Notes: a model not told the origin generated them from the letters alone. Shown: positions 1-10,204, counted from the stretch's first letter. The stretch is 64,000 bases of DNA from an uncultured Gemmatimonadales bacterium (GCA_963779755.1 CAVZZO010000003.1:1746633-1810632), one strand, 5' to 3'. Made by a program: numbers and translations.

Positions 1-1152
1 AAATATCCGGATGCCGCCGATATCTGGTATGAGCTGGGCGAGGCCTATCTGCATGATGCGGTGGCAATGAGTGGCCCGGAGCAGGCCGAGGAGGCCTTCC
101 GGAAAGCGGCCGGGCTCCAGCCCACCATGGCGCCATACCGTATGCACCTACTCGACTTGGCGTTCAACTGGCACGCCGATAGCGCGCAGGTTGCGCGGGA
201 GCTCGAAGCCGATGCCCGGCTTGCCCCCGACGCCCCCAGGACCCGGGGTGGCCGGATCGCATTTGCGCTGGCCTTCGGTGACAGCGGCGCCCGCGCCCGC
301 GCCCGCGCCGAGGTCCTCACGCTGGATAGCGAATCCGCGGCACAGGTGTATTTCTTCCTCGCCCACCCGAGGTTTGCCCAACTGCGCGACGCGGTCTACC
401 GGACCATCCTCCCGCGTCTGGACGAAAGCGACCGAATGGCAGTTCAGGAGACGCGCTTCAGGGTCCTCGGCCTCATGGACGGACGCGTTCACGACGCCCT
501 CGCGACACTGGATGAGCCCGGGACTCCTGGCTTTCTGCGCTACGTCGGCCCCCTCTACCTCTCCATGCGGGGTATGCCCGTACCGGAAGAACTTCTGAAG
601 CGGACGCTCGCCGCCGCGCGGAAAGACAGTTCCCTCTTCTCGACCCGGACCGCGGCGATGTTTGCTGCCGGGACGGCCGCCCGCCTGGGCGATTGGAGCG
701 GATACAACGACCTGGTTTCCCGCATGCGTGAACTCGCCGCGCGGGGCCGGGCTGCCGGCGACACGGCGAGCGCCGGGTATTGGGACTGGGCCGTCCAGGG
801 AACGGAGGCGCATGGGCTGTGGCGACAGGGCCGGAAGGAGGAGGCCCTGCAGGCATTCGAGAGCACCCTTCCATTCGGTCAGGGTTGGTTCACGCTCTGG
901 AACGTCGGACAGCTTTCGCTCGAGCTCGGCCGCCTGGATCAGGCGGAGCGCGCCTTCCGGGCGCTCTGGGGCCAGGACGCGACGCCGGCCTATCTGCAAC
1001 TGGCTCGAATCCTGGAACGAACCGGACGGCTGCCCGAGGCACGCGAGGCCTACCAGTTCGTCGCCTACGCCTGGCGCCATGCGGACCCGGAGCTTCAACC
1101 GCTGGTCGAGGAGACGCGCCAGGTGCTGCTGCGGCTGCCGAAGCCGGACTAG
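1..1152 (+). CDS. TPR-like helical repeat protein, 5'-truncated by the window edge (possibly the C-terminal sensor part of another Ser/Thr kinase paralogue)
   Basis: Frame 1 is open from base 1 (KYPDAADIWYELGEAYL...) to TAG 1150-1152. The A/L/E/R-rich repeats resemble the C-terminal regions of the kinases at 12040, 37209 and 51095. Confidence 0.6.
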   Translation, partial: KYPDAADIWYELGEAYLHDAVAMSGPEQAEEAFRKAAGLQPTMAPYRMHLLDLAFNWHADSAQVARELEADARLAPDAPRTRGGRIAFALAFGDSGARARARAEVLTLDSESAAQVYFFLAHPRFAQLRDAVYRTILPRLDESDRMAVQETRFRVLGLMDGRVHDALATLDEPGTPGFLRYVGPLYLSMRGMPVPEELLKRTLAAARKDSSLFSTRTAAMFAAGTAARLGDWSGYNDLVSRMRELAARGRAAGDTASAGYWDWAVQGTEAHGLWRQGRKEEALQAFESTLPFGQGWFTLWNVGQLSLELGRLDQAERAFRALWGQDATPAYLQLARILERTGRLPEAREAYQFVAYAWRHADPELQPLVEETRQVLLRLPKPD

Positions 1153-1236
1153 ACCCCATCCGAAGGGTATAAGACCGATCGGCAGCCCGGTCAGCGCGAT
1201 ATGCCGGTGCGGCAGACCCCTGGGCCGTCCTGGGCT

Positions 1237-1779
1237 TCAGGGCACCGGACAGTCGGGAACACTCCCGTGGGTCTGCTCCACGTAGACCAGAGCGAAGGGG
1301 CCCAGGCCGTGGACCTGGACCTCGGTGCGGCCGCGGGCTTCCACGTAGTGAGGCGCGTACGCGGGCGCAGTCACGAAGCCGTCCTTGCCATACGCGGTCA
1401 TGCTGCTCTCGTCGAAGTGGTCTCCCAGGCCGAACAGGAGCGTCCCGCTCAGGACGGTCACGTTCTCGTCGGTGGGATGCCAGTGCGGGTCGACCACATA
1501 GCCGTCCGGGAACAGCAGTCGGACGGTCCAGACGCCTCCGGCTTCCGCGGGATTGCCCCCGATCAGGGCCAGATCCGCTCCTGGCAGGAAGCAGGGAAGC
1601 GCGGGTCCCCACTGAATCTGCTTGCCGTTGATGAGCGAGTGGTCGCCCCCGCTGCTGGCCGCCGCGTCGGCGCGCGGAGACTCCCCGGCGGGCGCCTCCG
1701 GCGTCGTGGTGTCCTCGCAGGCCACCAGGGCCAGCAGGAGGGCCAGCGTTGTGGTCGCGGCGCGTGCATGCATGGACAT
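1237..1779 (-). CDS. cupin-domain lipoprotein
   Basis: 180 aa. Lipoprotein signal with lipobox LALVAC, then a cupin-like core (VVDPHWHPTDENVTVLSG ... APHYVEA). Confidence 0.7.
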   Translation of the reverse strand: MSMHARAATTTLALLLALVACEDTTTPEAPAGESPRADAAASSGGDHSLINGKQIQWGPALPCFLPGADLALIGGNPAEAGGVWTVRLLFPDGYVVDPHWHPTDENVTVLSGTLLFGLGDHFDESSMTAYGKDGFVTAPAYAPHYVEARGRTEVQVHGLGPFALVYVEQTHGSVPDCPVP

Positions 1780-2237
1780 TCGGACCTCCCTCTGCTCTCG
1801 GGAGCATGCTCCCTCGGTTCGCGTGACGGACCGATACGGAGCGAGGCCGCCTGGCCCTCGCCCGCGGTCCGTGTCTTCACCTGCCCCATCCCGAGGGTGG
1901 CCATCGCCCGGAGAGCCACAGTCAGGAGCAGCGCATCCAATGGAAGGCCCCTCGAGCGGCGTGCCCGAACACCCAGAGTCCTCGGGCCTGGGCGCTCCGG
2001 GAGGGACGCCAGCGACTCGGGTGGAGCACCACCGGCCCAGTGGTAAAACCCGGTGGTGAGGTTCCCGGCCTGAATGTGCTGTATCTCTTATACGAGAAAG
2101 CGGGTCGGACAGGGCTCATGGCGCCGGTGGTGGACCCGGGAGGGAAGGGGTCCGACCACACCGCCACGGTGGCCTGACGAATCGGGAGGGGAGGAGCGAG
2201 TCAACCGCGGCGAGGCTCTACCGGGGCTTCAGCCGAC

Positions 2238-2759
2238 TCACACGGCATACTTCTCCCGCAGCATCCGCAGATGGTGCCGCTCATGCCCCGCCATGATGTA
2301 CACCAGCGCGCGAGCGCTCACCGGATACCCGCTGGCCGTGCCCTGCCGCGCCAGTGCCTCGGCCGACAGGCTCCCGGCCAGAGTCAGGGTGGCCGCACGC
2401 ACCGCGTGATATTCCGCCAGGATGTCGGCCAGGGAGCGGCGGTCGGCCTCGGAGGCGGGCGCGTAGCTATCCTGCTCGAAGCCGGCCAGCGGGGTGGTAT
2501 CGCCCCGGGCGATCCGCAACAGCCGATAGGCAAAGATGCGCTCGGTATCGATGACGTGGACGACCAACTCCTTGATGCTCCACTTCCCGGGCGCATAGCG
2601 GTGGCGCGCCCGCTCGTCGCCCAGCGGGCTCAGCAGATCGTGAATCTCCCGCTCCCCGCGCTCCAGCAGGTCGACCGGATCGGCGCCGCCGGGGAGCTGA
2701 TCGAGGTAGCGGCCATAGTACGGGTTGTACTCGGAAGGGTCGGGGCGGGCGATGGCCAT
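2238..2759 (-). CDS. DinB-family (DinB_2-like) protein
   Basis: 173 aa. Four-helix-bundle DinB pattern with conserved His contexts (LVVHVIDTERIF, MAGHERHHLRML). Confidence 0.75.
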   Translation of the reverse strand: MAIARPDPSEYNPYYGRYLDQLPGGADPVDLLERGEREIHDLLSPLGDERARHRYAPGKWSIKELVVHVIDTERIFAYRLLRIARGDTTPLAGFEQDSYAPASEADRRSLADILAEYHAVRAATLTLAGSLSAEALARQGTASGYPVSARALVYIMAGHERHHLRMLREKYAV

Positions 2760-2780
2760 GGGAGGCTCCGGAAAAAGGCA

Positions 2781-3731
2781 CTACGGCAGCGGAATCTCTC
2801 CCTTGTGCTTCCCCAGCCACGCGTCGAAACTCTGCAGCTCGGGATTGAGCTTCCGGGCGAAGGCCACATCCCGCGTGCGCTGGAAGTGGTCCTCGAAATC
2901 ACGATAGAACTGGAACATGTTGCCCAGGTCATCGGCACCGGGGAAGCCAAGCCCGCGGTAGAACTCGGGGGTCACGGCGTTGTATCCGATCTTCTGGCCC
3001 AGGGCCTTGCTGAGATCGGCGGCCATTTCGGCGCCGGAGAGGTGCTCGCCGGCGATGCCCACGGTCTTGCCGATATACTCCTTGCCGGCCTTGAAGATGC
3101 CGTAAGCGCACTTGCCGATGTCGACCACGGCGATCCCGGCCATCCGCTTGTCGCCCAGAGGGAACACCAGCGCCAGCGAGCCGTCGGGCAGGCGCTGCGG
3201 GCCGGAGCCGAAATGGATGAAATTGTCCCAGTAGAACGTGGTGAGCAGGAAGGTGGTGGGGACGCCGGCATCGGTGAAGAAATGATCGGCCTCGCCCTTG
3301 GCGTCGAAGTGCGGCACCTTCCACTTGCCGTGCAGCGTAGGCATCTGGTCCGAGTCGAGCGGGACGAACTTGCGGGTATCGTCCAGGGTGGACCAGATCA
3401 CGTGCTGGAGCTTCGCCGCCGCGGCCGCGCGGGCAAGGTTGGCCGCCTGGGCCAGCTCCTTCTCCGGCGAGAAATGCTCCCAGAAGTTGGTGACGCAATA
3501 GGCGCCGTACGCCCCCGCAAAGGCCCGCTCCAGGCTCTGCTCGTCGTTCAGATCGGCCTGCACCACTTCGGCGCCCGCCGCCGCCAGCGCCCGGGCCTGA
3601 TCCGATCCGGGGTTCCGGGTGATCGCCCGGGCGGCGAAGCCCCCCCGCTGGTCCGCCAGAATAGCGCCTACCAGCCCTCCACCCTGGGCGCCGGTAGCGC
3701 CGGTGACGGCGATGATCCTGGTCGCGGGCAT
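2781..3731 (-). CDS. NmrA-family NAD(P)-binding protein
   Basis: Start placed at internal ATG 3731, with GGAGGTGG just upstream. Rossmann motif IIAVTGATGAQGG. NmrA-like body (KVPHFDAKGE, TTFYWDNF). Confidence 0.75.
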   Translation of the reverse strand: MPATRIIAVTGATGAQGGGLVGAILADQRGGFAARAITRNPGSDQARALAAAGAEVVQADLNDEQSLERAFAGAYGAYCVTNFWEHFSPEKELAQAANLARAAAAAKLQHVIWSTLDDTRKFVPLDSDQMPTLHGKWKVPHFDAKGEADHFFTDAGVPTTFLLTTFYWDNFIHFGSGPQRLPDGSLALVFPLGDKRMAGIAVVDIGKCAYGIFKAGKEYIGKTVGIAGEHLSGAEMAADLSKALGQKIGYNAVTPEFYRGLGFPGADDLGNMFQFYRDFEDHFQRTRDVAFARKLNPELQSFDAWLGKHKGEIPLP

Positions 3732-3909
3732 ATCCACCTCCGGGGCTGAAGGGAACAGGGGAGGTAACATAGGCGGGAAGTCGGGAAGGCGGAAAGTACT
3801 CCGAGCCTGGGGCCGGGCCGCTTCGGCTGGGCGACACCCGGGAAGCGGCCGTCTATGGCGCCCGGCGGTCCCGATTCCTAGCTTCAGGGGATACCCTGGA
3901 GGACGACGC

Positions 3910-6084
3910 ATGGCCGAAGCCCCCCCGCCCATGCCCGACCTGGTCGACCCGTTGCTGGAATCGCTGCGGGAGGCGACCATCGGCGATTATGAAGTCCTGG
4001 CCGAGCTCGGCCGGGGCGGCATGGCTGTGGTGTACCTGGCGCACGACCTGGCGCTCGACCGCAAGGTGGCCATAAAGGTCATGCTGCCGGCCCTGGTGCA
4101 GAGCGAAGGTTCCGCCGAGCGCTTCAAGCGCGAAGCCCGCACCGCAGCCTCGCTGACCCATCCGAACATCATTCCCATCTACGCGGTCCGGCACCAGGAC
4201 GTGCTGCTCTACTTCGTCATGCAGTTCGTGGCCGGGCGCACGCTCGATTCAATCATCGAGGAGCGGGGGCAGCTGCCGGTGGCCATGGTGCAGGACATCC
4301 TCACCCAGGTGGGCGACGCGCTGGCCTACGCGCACCGGCGCGGGGTCATTCACCGGGATGTGAAGCCGGGCAACATCCTGCTGGATGAAGACGGCCGAGC
4401 CATCGTGACCGATTTCGGCATTGCCAAGGTCAGTTCGGCCGAGAGCCTCACCCAGACCGGCGGCGTGGTCGGCACCCCTTCCTATATGAGTCCGGAACAG
4501 TGTACCGCCTCGACGGTCACCGGGGCGTCCGATCAGTACTGCCTCGGGCTCATCGGCTACGAGATGCTCACCGGGAAGCAGCCCTTTACCGGCGCCACCG
4601 CGGTCCAGCTCATGTTCAGCCGCTGCACCGAAGACCCACCGCCTCTCGAGAAGGCGCGGCCTGATTGCCCCCACCATATCACCGAGGCGATCACCCGGAT
4701 GCTGGCCCGGGAAGCGGCGGATCGCTGGCCTCACATGGCCGACGCGGTGGCGGCGGTCGGCAGCCCGTCCACCGGGGAACGCGAGCCCATTCGCCAGGAG
4801 ATGGCGACGCTGGCCCGTACCGGAACCTCCGCGCGGATCTTCAAGGCCATGCGGACGCCCACCAGCCCGATCCCGGCCGCGCGCGCGACCAGCAGCAGCC
4901 CGGCCGTTCCCGCAACCAGCACCGCGGCCGTGGCTGTCCCCCGGGCCCTGCTGTATGCGTTTCCGGCCGTACTGCTCCTGGCCGTTGCCGGGTGGGTCCT
5001 GCTGCGGGGGCGCGCGCCGGCCCCGGTGCAGGCGCCCGCCCCGGCGGTGGCCGCCGATACTTCCGACCCTGCCCCTGCCCCTGCCCCGGCAGCGGCGGTG
5101 GCGCGTGTCCGCCTCTCGCCCGCCGGGGCAGTGGCACTCGAGGCCGGAGGCACCGTCCAATTGTCCGCTACCGCCCTGGATGCTTCAGGGAAGCCGGTTC
5201 CGGACGCGGGCATCGAGTGGGGATCGAGCGATTCGTCGGTCGCGGTCGTGTCGCCGGCGGGTGTGGTGCGGGGAACAGGTCCCGGCATAGCTACGCTGAC
5301 GGCGCAAAGCCGCGGGAGCATCAGCGCAACGGCGGTCACGGTCCGCGGGCCGCCGGCTCCGCCGCCGGCGGCCCGCCAGGCGCCGGCGCGCCCGGCAGCT
5401 TCCACCGTGGCGGCGCTGAGCCTGGTCGCGCCGGCGGAAACGCTGGGAATCGGGGGCGTAATCCGACTGCGGGCCACCCCCGAGGACGAGGCGGGCCGCG
5501 CCCTCGAGGGGCAGGAGTTCTTCTGGTCCTCCAGCGCGCCACGGGTCGCCAGCGTGGGCGAGGACGGCACCGTGACTGCGCAGGGCGCGGGCAGCGCCAC
5601 CATCACGGCCACCACGGGCGGCGTCTCCCGCAGTGTGAAGCTGACCGTGCTTCCGGGCGCGGCCCCGGCGAAGCCGGCGCCGGATACCGCCACTTCAGCA
5701 CCCGTGGCGGCCGCGACGCCGCCGCCAGCCGCTCCCCCTGTGGCCACCGCGGAGGAAAACCGCCGGGCCATCGCCACCGTTCTCGCCGCCTTCAGGACGG
5801 CCGTGGTCTCCCGTGACATTACCCGGCTGCGGCGAGCCTATCCCGGCATGACCCAGCCGGAAGAACAAGCCTATCGCGAGCTGTTCCAGAGCGGCGGCCA
5901 GTTCGATCTCGAGCTGGCGTCGGAGACGCCCGACATTCAGGGCACGACCGCGGTGGTGACCGGCACCGCCCAGTACCACTATACCGAGCCGCGGAAGCTG
6001 GAACAGGCGTTCAGCTACCGGGCGGTACTCGACGGCTCTTCCGGAAACTGGCGACTGACCTCGATCGTTTTCGCCCAGCAGTAG
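3910..6084 (+). CDS. Ser/Thr protein kinase with one TM segment, two Big_2-like Ig domains and a C-terminal NTF2/SnoaL-like domain
   Basis: Start at ATG 3910. Hanks motifs GRGGMAVVYLA, VAIKVM, HRDVKPGNILL, DFGIAKV, GTPSYMSPEQ. TM segment LLYAFPAVLLLAVAGWVLL. Two Ig-like repeats (VQLSATALDASGKPV..., IRLRATPEDEAGRAL...). Confidence 0.85.
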   Translation: MAEAPPPMPDLVDPLLESLREATIGDYEVLAELGRGGMAVVYLAHDLALDRKVAIKVMLPALVQSEGSAERFKREARTAASLTHPNIIPIYAVRHQDVLLYFVMQFVAGRTLDSIIEERGQLPVAMVQDILTQVGDALAYAHRRGVIHRDVKPGNILLDEDGRAIVTDFGIAKVSSAESLTQTGGVVGTPSYMSPEQCTASTVTGASDQYCLGLIGYEMLTGKQPFTGATAVQLMFSRCTEDPPPLEKARPDCPHHITEAITRMLAREAADRWPHMADAVAAVGSPSTGEREPIRQEMATLARTGTSARIFKAMRTPTSPIPAARATSSSPAVPATSTAAVAVPRALLYAFPAVLLLAVAGWVLLRGRAPAPVQAPAPAVAADTSDPAPAPAPAAAVARVRLSPAGAVALEAGGTVQLSATALDASGKPVPDAGIEWGSSDSSVAVVSPAGVVRGTGPGIATLTAQSRGSISATAVTVRGPPAPPPAARQAPARPAASTVAALSLVAPAETLGIGGVIRLRATPEDEAGRALEGQEFFWSSSAPRVASVGEDGTVTAQGAGSATITATTGGVSRSVKLTVLPGAAPAKPAPDTATSAPVAAATPPPAAPPVATAEENRRAIATVLAAFRTAVVSRDITRLRRAYPGMTQPEEQAYRELFQSGGQFDLELASETPDIQGTTAVVTGTAQYHYTEPRKLEQAFSYRAVLDGSSGNWRLTSIVFAQQ

Positions 6085-6105
6085 CCACTCTCAAGCGGGG
6101 GGTAC

Positions 6106-7443
6106 ATGCGCCGTCCAGCGCTCGTCCTGTTCATCCTGCTCTCTGCGGCAGCAGGCCTCCACGCCCAGGATCAGACTCTGCGGGATCGTATCACCGGGTT
6201 GTTCATCTTCGGGCCCGGTGAAGACCCGCTCTTTCTGGCCGGCACCGCCGATCCGGACAATCCCGCCTCCATTCAGGCGCACGGGAGCCATTTCGTTCCC
6301 TCGGCGGTCAGCGCCAACGGCAGCCTGATCCTCTTCCTGGGCAGCGCCATCGGCGCCAATATCGGGAACCTGCCCATCAGCGCCACCAGCAGCGGCACCA
6401 CCTTCCGCCTTCAGGCCGGGGTTCCCGTGCCCACCAGCACCTCGGCGGGCCCGATCTTCGCCGAGCGGGCGCAGACCATGGGCCGGGGGCGGGTGTTCGT
6501 GGGCGCCGGCGTCAGCGTGTTTCATTTCAAGAGCCTGCGGGGCGTGCCGCTGGACAACGTGCACCTCAACTTCACGCACGTGAATGCCGACTTTCCAGGT
6601 TGCGACAGCGTCTTCGGCGGGGACTGCTCCAGGATGGGTATCCCCCAGTTGGAGAACGATGTCATCGGGCTCGACCTCAACCTCGGCGTCAATGTCCGGG
6701 CCACCACTCTGGCGCTGACCTACGGCCTCACCGACCGGATCGATATCGGCGTGGCGCTGCCGCTGGTGACCGTTTCGGTTCAGGGGGTCAGCAACGCCCA
6801 GGTTATTCCCTTCGGCCCCAACATCGCCCACTTCTTTGCCGGTACCGTGGACAATCCGGTATTGACGGCGAGCCGGTTCGAAGAGGGATCGGCCACCGGC
6901 CTGGGAGACGTGGCGGTGCGGGCGAAGCTCGGGGTGAGCGAGTCGGCCCGGGCGCGCTTCGCCATCCTGGCCGACGCCCGGCTTCCCACCGGCAACAAGG
7001 ACAATTTTCTCGGATCGGGGAACTACGCCCTGCGGGGGGTGGGCATCGTGTCGGCCCAGTTCGGCAACTTCTCCCCGCACGCCAATGTGGGCTACCTCTA
7101 CCGCTCGGGGGCCCTCAACAACGACTACTTCCTGGCGACCGCCGGTTTCGACCATCTGCTCGCCCCCTGGGCGACGCTGGCGGTGGATCTCGTCTCCGAG
7201 CTCCAGGTCGGCGTGAACCGCCTGCGGTTACCGGGGCCGGTGGTCTACGATGCGCCATTTCACCGGACGGTGCAGCCCAGCTCCATTCCCAACAGCCCGG
7301 ACGACCTGATCAACGGTGCCGTGGGGTTCAAGTTTCTCACCGGGCCGGGCCTCACCATCGTGACCAACGCCCTCATCCCGCTCAACCGGGGCGGGCTCCG
7401 GCCCGACGTGGCCTGGACCGCCAGCCTGGAATACAACTTCTGA
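6106..7443 (+). CDS. outer-membrane beta-barrel protein (MetA-pathway/transporter-like OMP)
   Basis: Signal peptide MRRPALVLFILLSAAAGLHAQ. Alternating beta-strand pattern. Aromatic C-terminus ...ASLEYNF. Confidence 0.6.
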   Translation: MRRPALVLFILLSAAAGLHAQDQTLRDRITGLFIFGPGEDPLFLAGTADPDNPASIQAHGSHFVPSAVSANGSLILFLGSAIGANIGNLPISATSSGTTFRLQAGVPVPTSTSAGPIFAERAQTMGRGRVFVGAGVSVFHFKSLRGVPLDNVHLNFTHVNADFPGCDSVFGGDCSRMGIPQLENDVIGLDLNLGVNVRATTLALTYGLTDRIDIGVALPLVTVSVQGVSNAQVIPFGPNIAHFFAGTVDNPVLTASRFEEGSATGLGDVAVRAKLGVSESARARFAILADARLPTGNKDNFLGSGNYALRGVGIVSAQFGNFSPHANVGYLYRSGALNNDYFLATAGFDHLLAPWATLAVDLVSELQVGVNRLRLPGPVVYDAPFHRTVQPSSIPNSPDDLINGAVGFKFLTGPGLTIVTNALIPLNRGGLRPDVAWTASLEYNF

Positions 7444-7889
7444 TGACCGACACCTCCAGGAAACCGCGAGTCAGCGCCGAGGTACCGCGCGACCAGTCCG
7501 AGGCAGCCCGGGCCAGCTTCGAGCGGTGCTGCGCGTCGCCCGATTTCATCCCGACCTTCTATCACCTCTTCTTCACCGCGTGCCCCGAGGCAAAGGCACG
7601 GTTCGAAGCGACGGATTTCTTCCGCCAGCATCAGCTGCTGCGCCACGCCCTGCGGCTGCTGCTGCTCTACCCCAACCGCCCCGAAGCGGAAGGCCACGAC
7701 CTGCTCCGGCGGGTCGCCGAGCGGCACAGCCGCCGCGACCTGGATATCCCACCGGAGCTCTACCCGCCCTTCGTGGACAGCCTGATCCGGGCCGTGGCGC
7801 GGTACGATCCGGAGTGCAACGAGGGTATCGAGGCAGCCTGGCGGGCAACCATCCGCGGTGGGGTGGAGTACATGAAATCGCGGTACTAG
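7443..7889 (+). CDS. single-domain globin-like protein
   Basis: 148 aa. ATG 7443 overlaps the upstream stop (TGATG). Globin landmarks are TFYHLFFTACPEAKARF, FFRQHQ and the proximal-His context VAERHSRRDL. Confidence 0.6.
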   Translation: MTDTSRKPRVSAEVPRDQSEAARASFERCCASPDFIPTFYHLFFTACPEAKARFEATDFFRQHQLLRHALRLLLLYPNRPEAEGHDLLRRVAERHSRRDLDIPPELYPPFVDSLIRAVARYDPECNEGIEAAWRATIRGGVEYMKSRY

Positions 7890-9169
7890 TCCGCGCTCCT
7901 CAGTTCCTGCAATCGCTCCTCCAGGAACCGGCGCTCCGGTTCCTGTGCCGCAAGATCCAGGGCCCGCTGGAACGCGGCGGCCGCTTCGTTCCTGCGACCC
8001 AGCCGGCGGAGCAGCTCTCCCCGGGCGGAGTGGGCCAGATGATAGGCGCCGAGCTCCCCCCGGTCCAGGATGCCGTCAATGAGCCCGAGCCCCGCTCCTG
8101 GCCCGTCGCGCATGGCGATGGCCACCGCCCGGTTGAGCTCGACCACCGGCGTGGGCTCCACCCGGAGCAGCACATCGTACAGACCGGCGATCTGCGGCCA
8201 GTCGGTAGCATCCGGTGTCGCGGCCTCCGCGTGCAGCGCCGCGATCGCCGCCTGCAAGGCATAGGGCCCCGCCCGTCCCGACCGCAGCGCCCGCTCGACC
8301 AGCGACGTACCTTCGGCAATCTGCTCCCGGCTCCAGAGGGTGCGGTCCTGGTCTTCCAGAAGCACGATGGTGCCGTCGCCGCTCGTGCGCGCCGGTCTCC
8401 GGGAATCGTGCAGCAGCATGAGCGCCAGGAGACCCAGGGTCTCCGTGTCGGGCAGCAATTCGACCATCTCCCGCCCCAGCCGGATCGCCTCCACCGCAAG
8501 GTCGGTTCGCGTCACCGCATCTCCTGCGGTGGCGGCGTAGCCCTCGTTGAAGACGAGATAGATCACCTGGAGGACCGCGTCGAGTCGCTCCGGCAGTTCG
8601 GCCCGCGAGGGGACCTCATAAGGAATGCCCGCATCACGAATCTTGGCCTTGGCCCGGACGATCCGCTGGGCGATGGCCGGCGTCCGGCTGAGATAGGCCC
8701 GGGCGATTTCCTCGGTCCGGAGCCCGCAGACCTCCCGGAGCGTGAGCGCGACTCGCGCCTCGGGCGACAGGGCCGGATGGCAGCAGGTGAAGATGAGGCG
8801 GAGCTGGTCGTCCCGCACCGCCTCATCGTCCACCTCCGGCGGCGGCCCGGCTTCGCTACCCAGGCGATCGGCGATCGCCCCCCGGGCGGCATCGAACCGC
8901 GCCGCCCGTCGCAACCGGTCGATCGCACGGAACCGCCCGGCGGACACCAGCCAGGCGCGGGGGTGGGCCGGCACGCCCTCGGCCGGCCACCGCTCCACCG
9001 CGGCGGCAAAGGCTTCCGCGAGCGCCTCTTCGGCCAGATCAAAATCGCCGAGCAGGCGGATGAGGGTCGCCAGGATCCGCCGGGACTCGGACCGGTAGAG
9101 CGCACCGATCCGCTCGGTCAGGTCACTCCCGGGACACCGGCCCGGGCCGCGAAGGGAGACAGACGGCAC
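7886..9169 (-). CDS. ECF sigma factor with C-terminal TPR-like extension (ECF42-type architecture)
   Basis: 427 aa, GTG start. Sigma-70 region 2 and region 4 motifs (LAEEALAEAFAAAVERWP; LTLREVCGLRTEEIARAYLSRTPAIAQRIVRAK) plus an extension of ~230 aa. A YciI/DGPF gene lies 2 nt upstream. Confidence 0.85.
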   Translation of the reverse strand: MPSVSLRGPGRCPGSDLTERIGALYRSESRRILATLIRLLGDFDLAEEALAEAFAAAVERWPAEGVPAHPRAWLVSAGRFRAIDRLRRAARFDAARGAIADRLGSEAGPPPEVDDEAVRDDQLRLIFTCCHPALSPEARVALTLREVCGLRTEEIARAYLSRTPAIAQRIVRAKAKIRDAGIPYEVPSRAELPERLDAVLQVIYLVFNEGYAATAGDAVTRTDLAVEAIRLGREMVELLPDTETLGLLALMLLHDSRRPARTSGDGTIVLLEDQDRTLWSREQIAEGTSLVERALRSGRAGPYALQAAIAALHAEAATPDATDWPQIAGLYDVLLRVEPTPVVELNRAVAIAMRDGPGAGLGLIDGILDRGELGAYHLAHSARGELLRRLGRRNEAAAAFQRALDLAAQEPERRFLEERLQELRSAD

Positions 9170-9171
9170 GG

Positions 9172-9528
9172 CTACTCCACGCTGAACTCCCGGATCGGCC
9201 GCACCTCGACACTCCCGAAGCGGGCGGACGGGATGCGCGACGCGACCTGGATGGCATCGTTCAGGTCCCGCGCCTCGATCAAGTAGAAACCGCCGAGCTG
9301 CTCCCGGGTCTCCGCGTAGGGACCGTCAGTGGTGGTCGCCTTCCCGTTTCGCACCCGGATGGTGGTCGCCGTCTGGACCGGCTGGAGGGCCTCACCACCC
9401 AGATGGTGGCCGCTCTTCATGATGTCCTTCGTGTAGGCCACGTACTCCTGGTGTATCGCCTCCCGGTCGGGCCCGGACATTCCGTTGATCGTCGCTTCGT
9501 TGTCATAGATCAGGCACAGGTATTTCAT
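9172..9528 (-). CDS. YciI/DGPF-family protein
   Basis: ATG 9528 preceded by GGAGG. MKYLCLIYDNE...TTDGPYAETREQLGGFYLIEA is typical of the YCII family. Confidence 0.8.
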   Translation of the reverse strand: MKYLCLIYDNEATINGMSGPDREAIHQEYVAYTKDIMKSGHHLGGEALQPVQTATTIRVRNGKATTTDGPYAETREQLGGFYLIEARDLNDAIQVASRIPSARFGSVEVRPIREFSVE

Positions 9529-9572
9529 GGTGTCCTCCAGAGGAGAGATCAGGAACCGTCGGACACCAGCTA

Positions 9573-9599
9573 GTCGACTGGCGAGCCACCATTTCGACA
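9573..9599 (-). promoter_or_regulatory. candidate ECF-type promoter TGTCGA-N16-TCGAC upstream of the YciI-sigma operon
   Basis: Minus-strand TGTCGA (9599-9594), a 16-nt spacer, then TCGAC (9577-9573). It lies 44 nt upstream of ATG 9528. Confidence 0.6.
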
Positions 9600-9693
9600 C
9601 ACCGGCTCCAGGAATTCCCGCCAGCCTGGAACGGCTCCGATACTGCAATGGGCTAGAGCGTTCCCCTGATTCCCGGTTCCCGATTCCTGATCC

Positions 9694-10188
9694 CTATCCA
9701 CCCCACCCCTCATCCGCGGTCGGACCGTACATCGACGGCACCGGTATATCCAGCAGCCGCAGATACATGCCGAGCTGGGCCCGGTGGTGCACCAGGTGGC
9801 TGATGTGGTTGCGCACGATGACGGCTCGCGGCGCCGAGAAGAGCACCTTGTCACCATGCCTGAGCGACCAGGTCACGCCGTAATCGCCGTCCGCCGTCGA
9901 GGCGATCGCCTCCCTGGCTTCCCGTACGTTCTGGTCGAACCCGGCCAGCAGCGTCTCCGTCTCCTCCATGCTGTACCCGGCCGCCTTCGCCAGATCGAGC
10001 GAGGTCTCCTTCAGCGCGTTGGCGATCCAGCCCGGCATCCAGCTGACCAGCTGCGCCAGGTGGGCCAGGCAGAACGACTTGGAGTGCGGCTTCCACTCTC
10101 CCTTGTCGCTGGGCACCCGTTCCAGCACCCGGCGGGTGGTGGCCATTTCCTGGTCGAATTCGGGGAGGAGGGTCTGGGAGAAGGGCAT
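9694..10188 (-). CDS. DinB-family protein
   Basis: 164 aa from ATG 10188, with GGAGG upstream. It is the C-terminal part of a long spurious ORF. A paralogue lies at 16601-17095 (HLVHHRAQLGMYLRLLDIPVPSMYGP). Confidence 0.8.
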   Translation of the reverse strand: MPFSQTLLPEFDQEMATTRRVLERVPSDKGEWKPHSKSFCLAHLAQLVSWMPGWIANALKETSLDLAKAAGYSMEETETLLAGFDQNVREAREAIASTADGDYGVTWSLRHGDKVLFSAPRAVIVRNHISHLVHHRAQLGMYLRLLDIPVPSMYGPTADEGWGG

Positions 10189-10204
10189 GGAGCCTCCATT
10201 CAAA

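Noticed and set aside
1780-2237. Riboswitch or other ncRNA in the 458-bp gap upstream of the cupin gene
   Set aside because: I could not recognise any known riboswitch, SRP, tmRNA, RNase P or 6S core motif by eye. It is left unannotated, and an Rfam scan would settle it.
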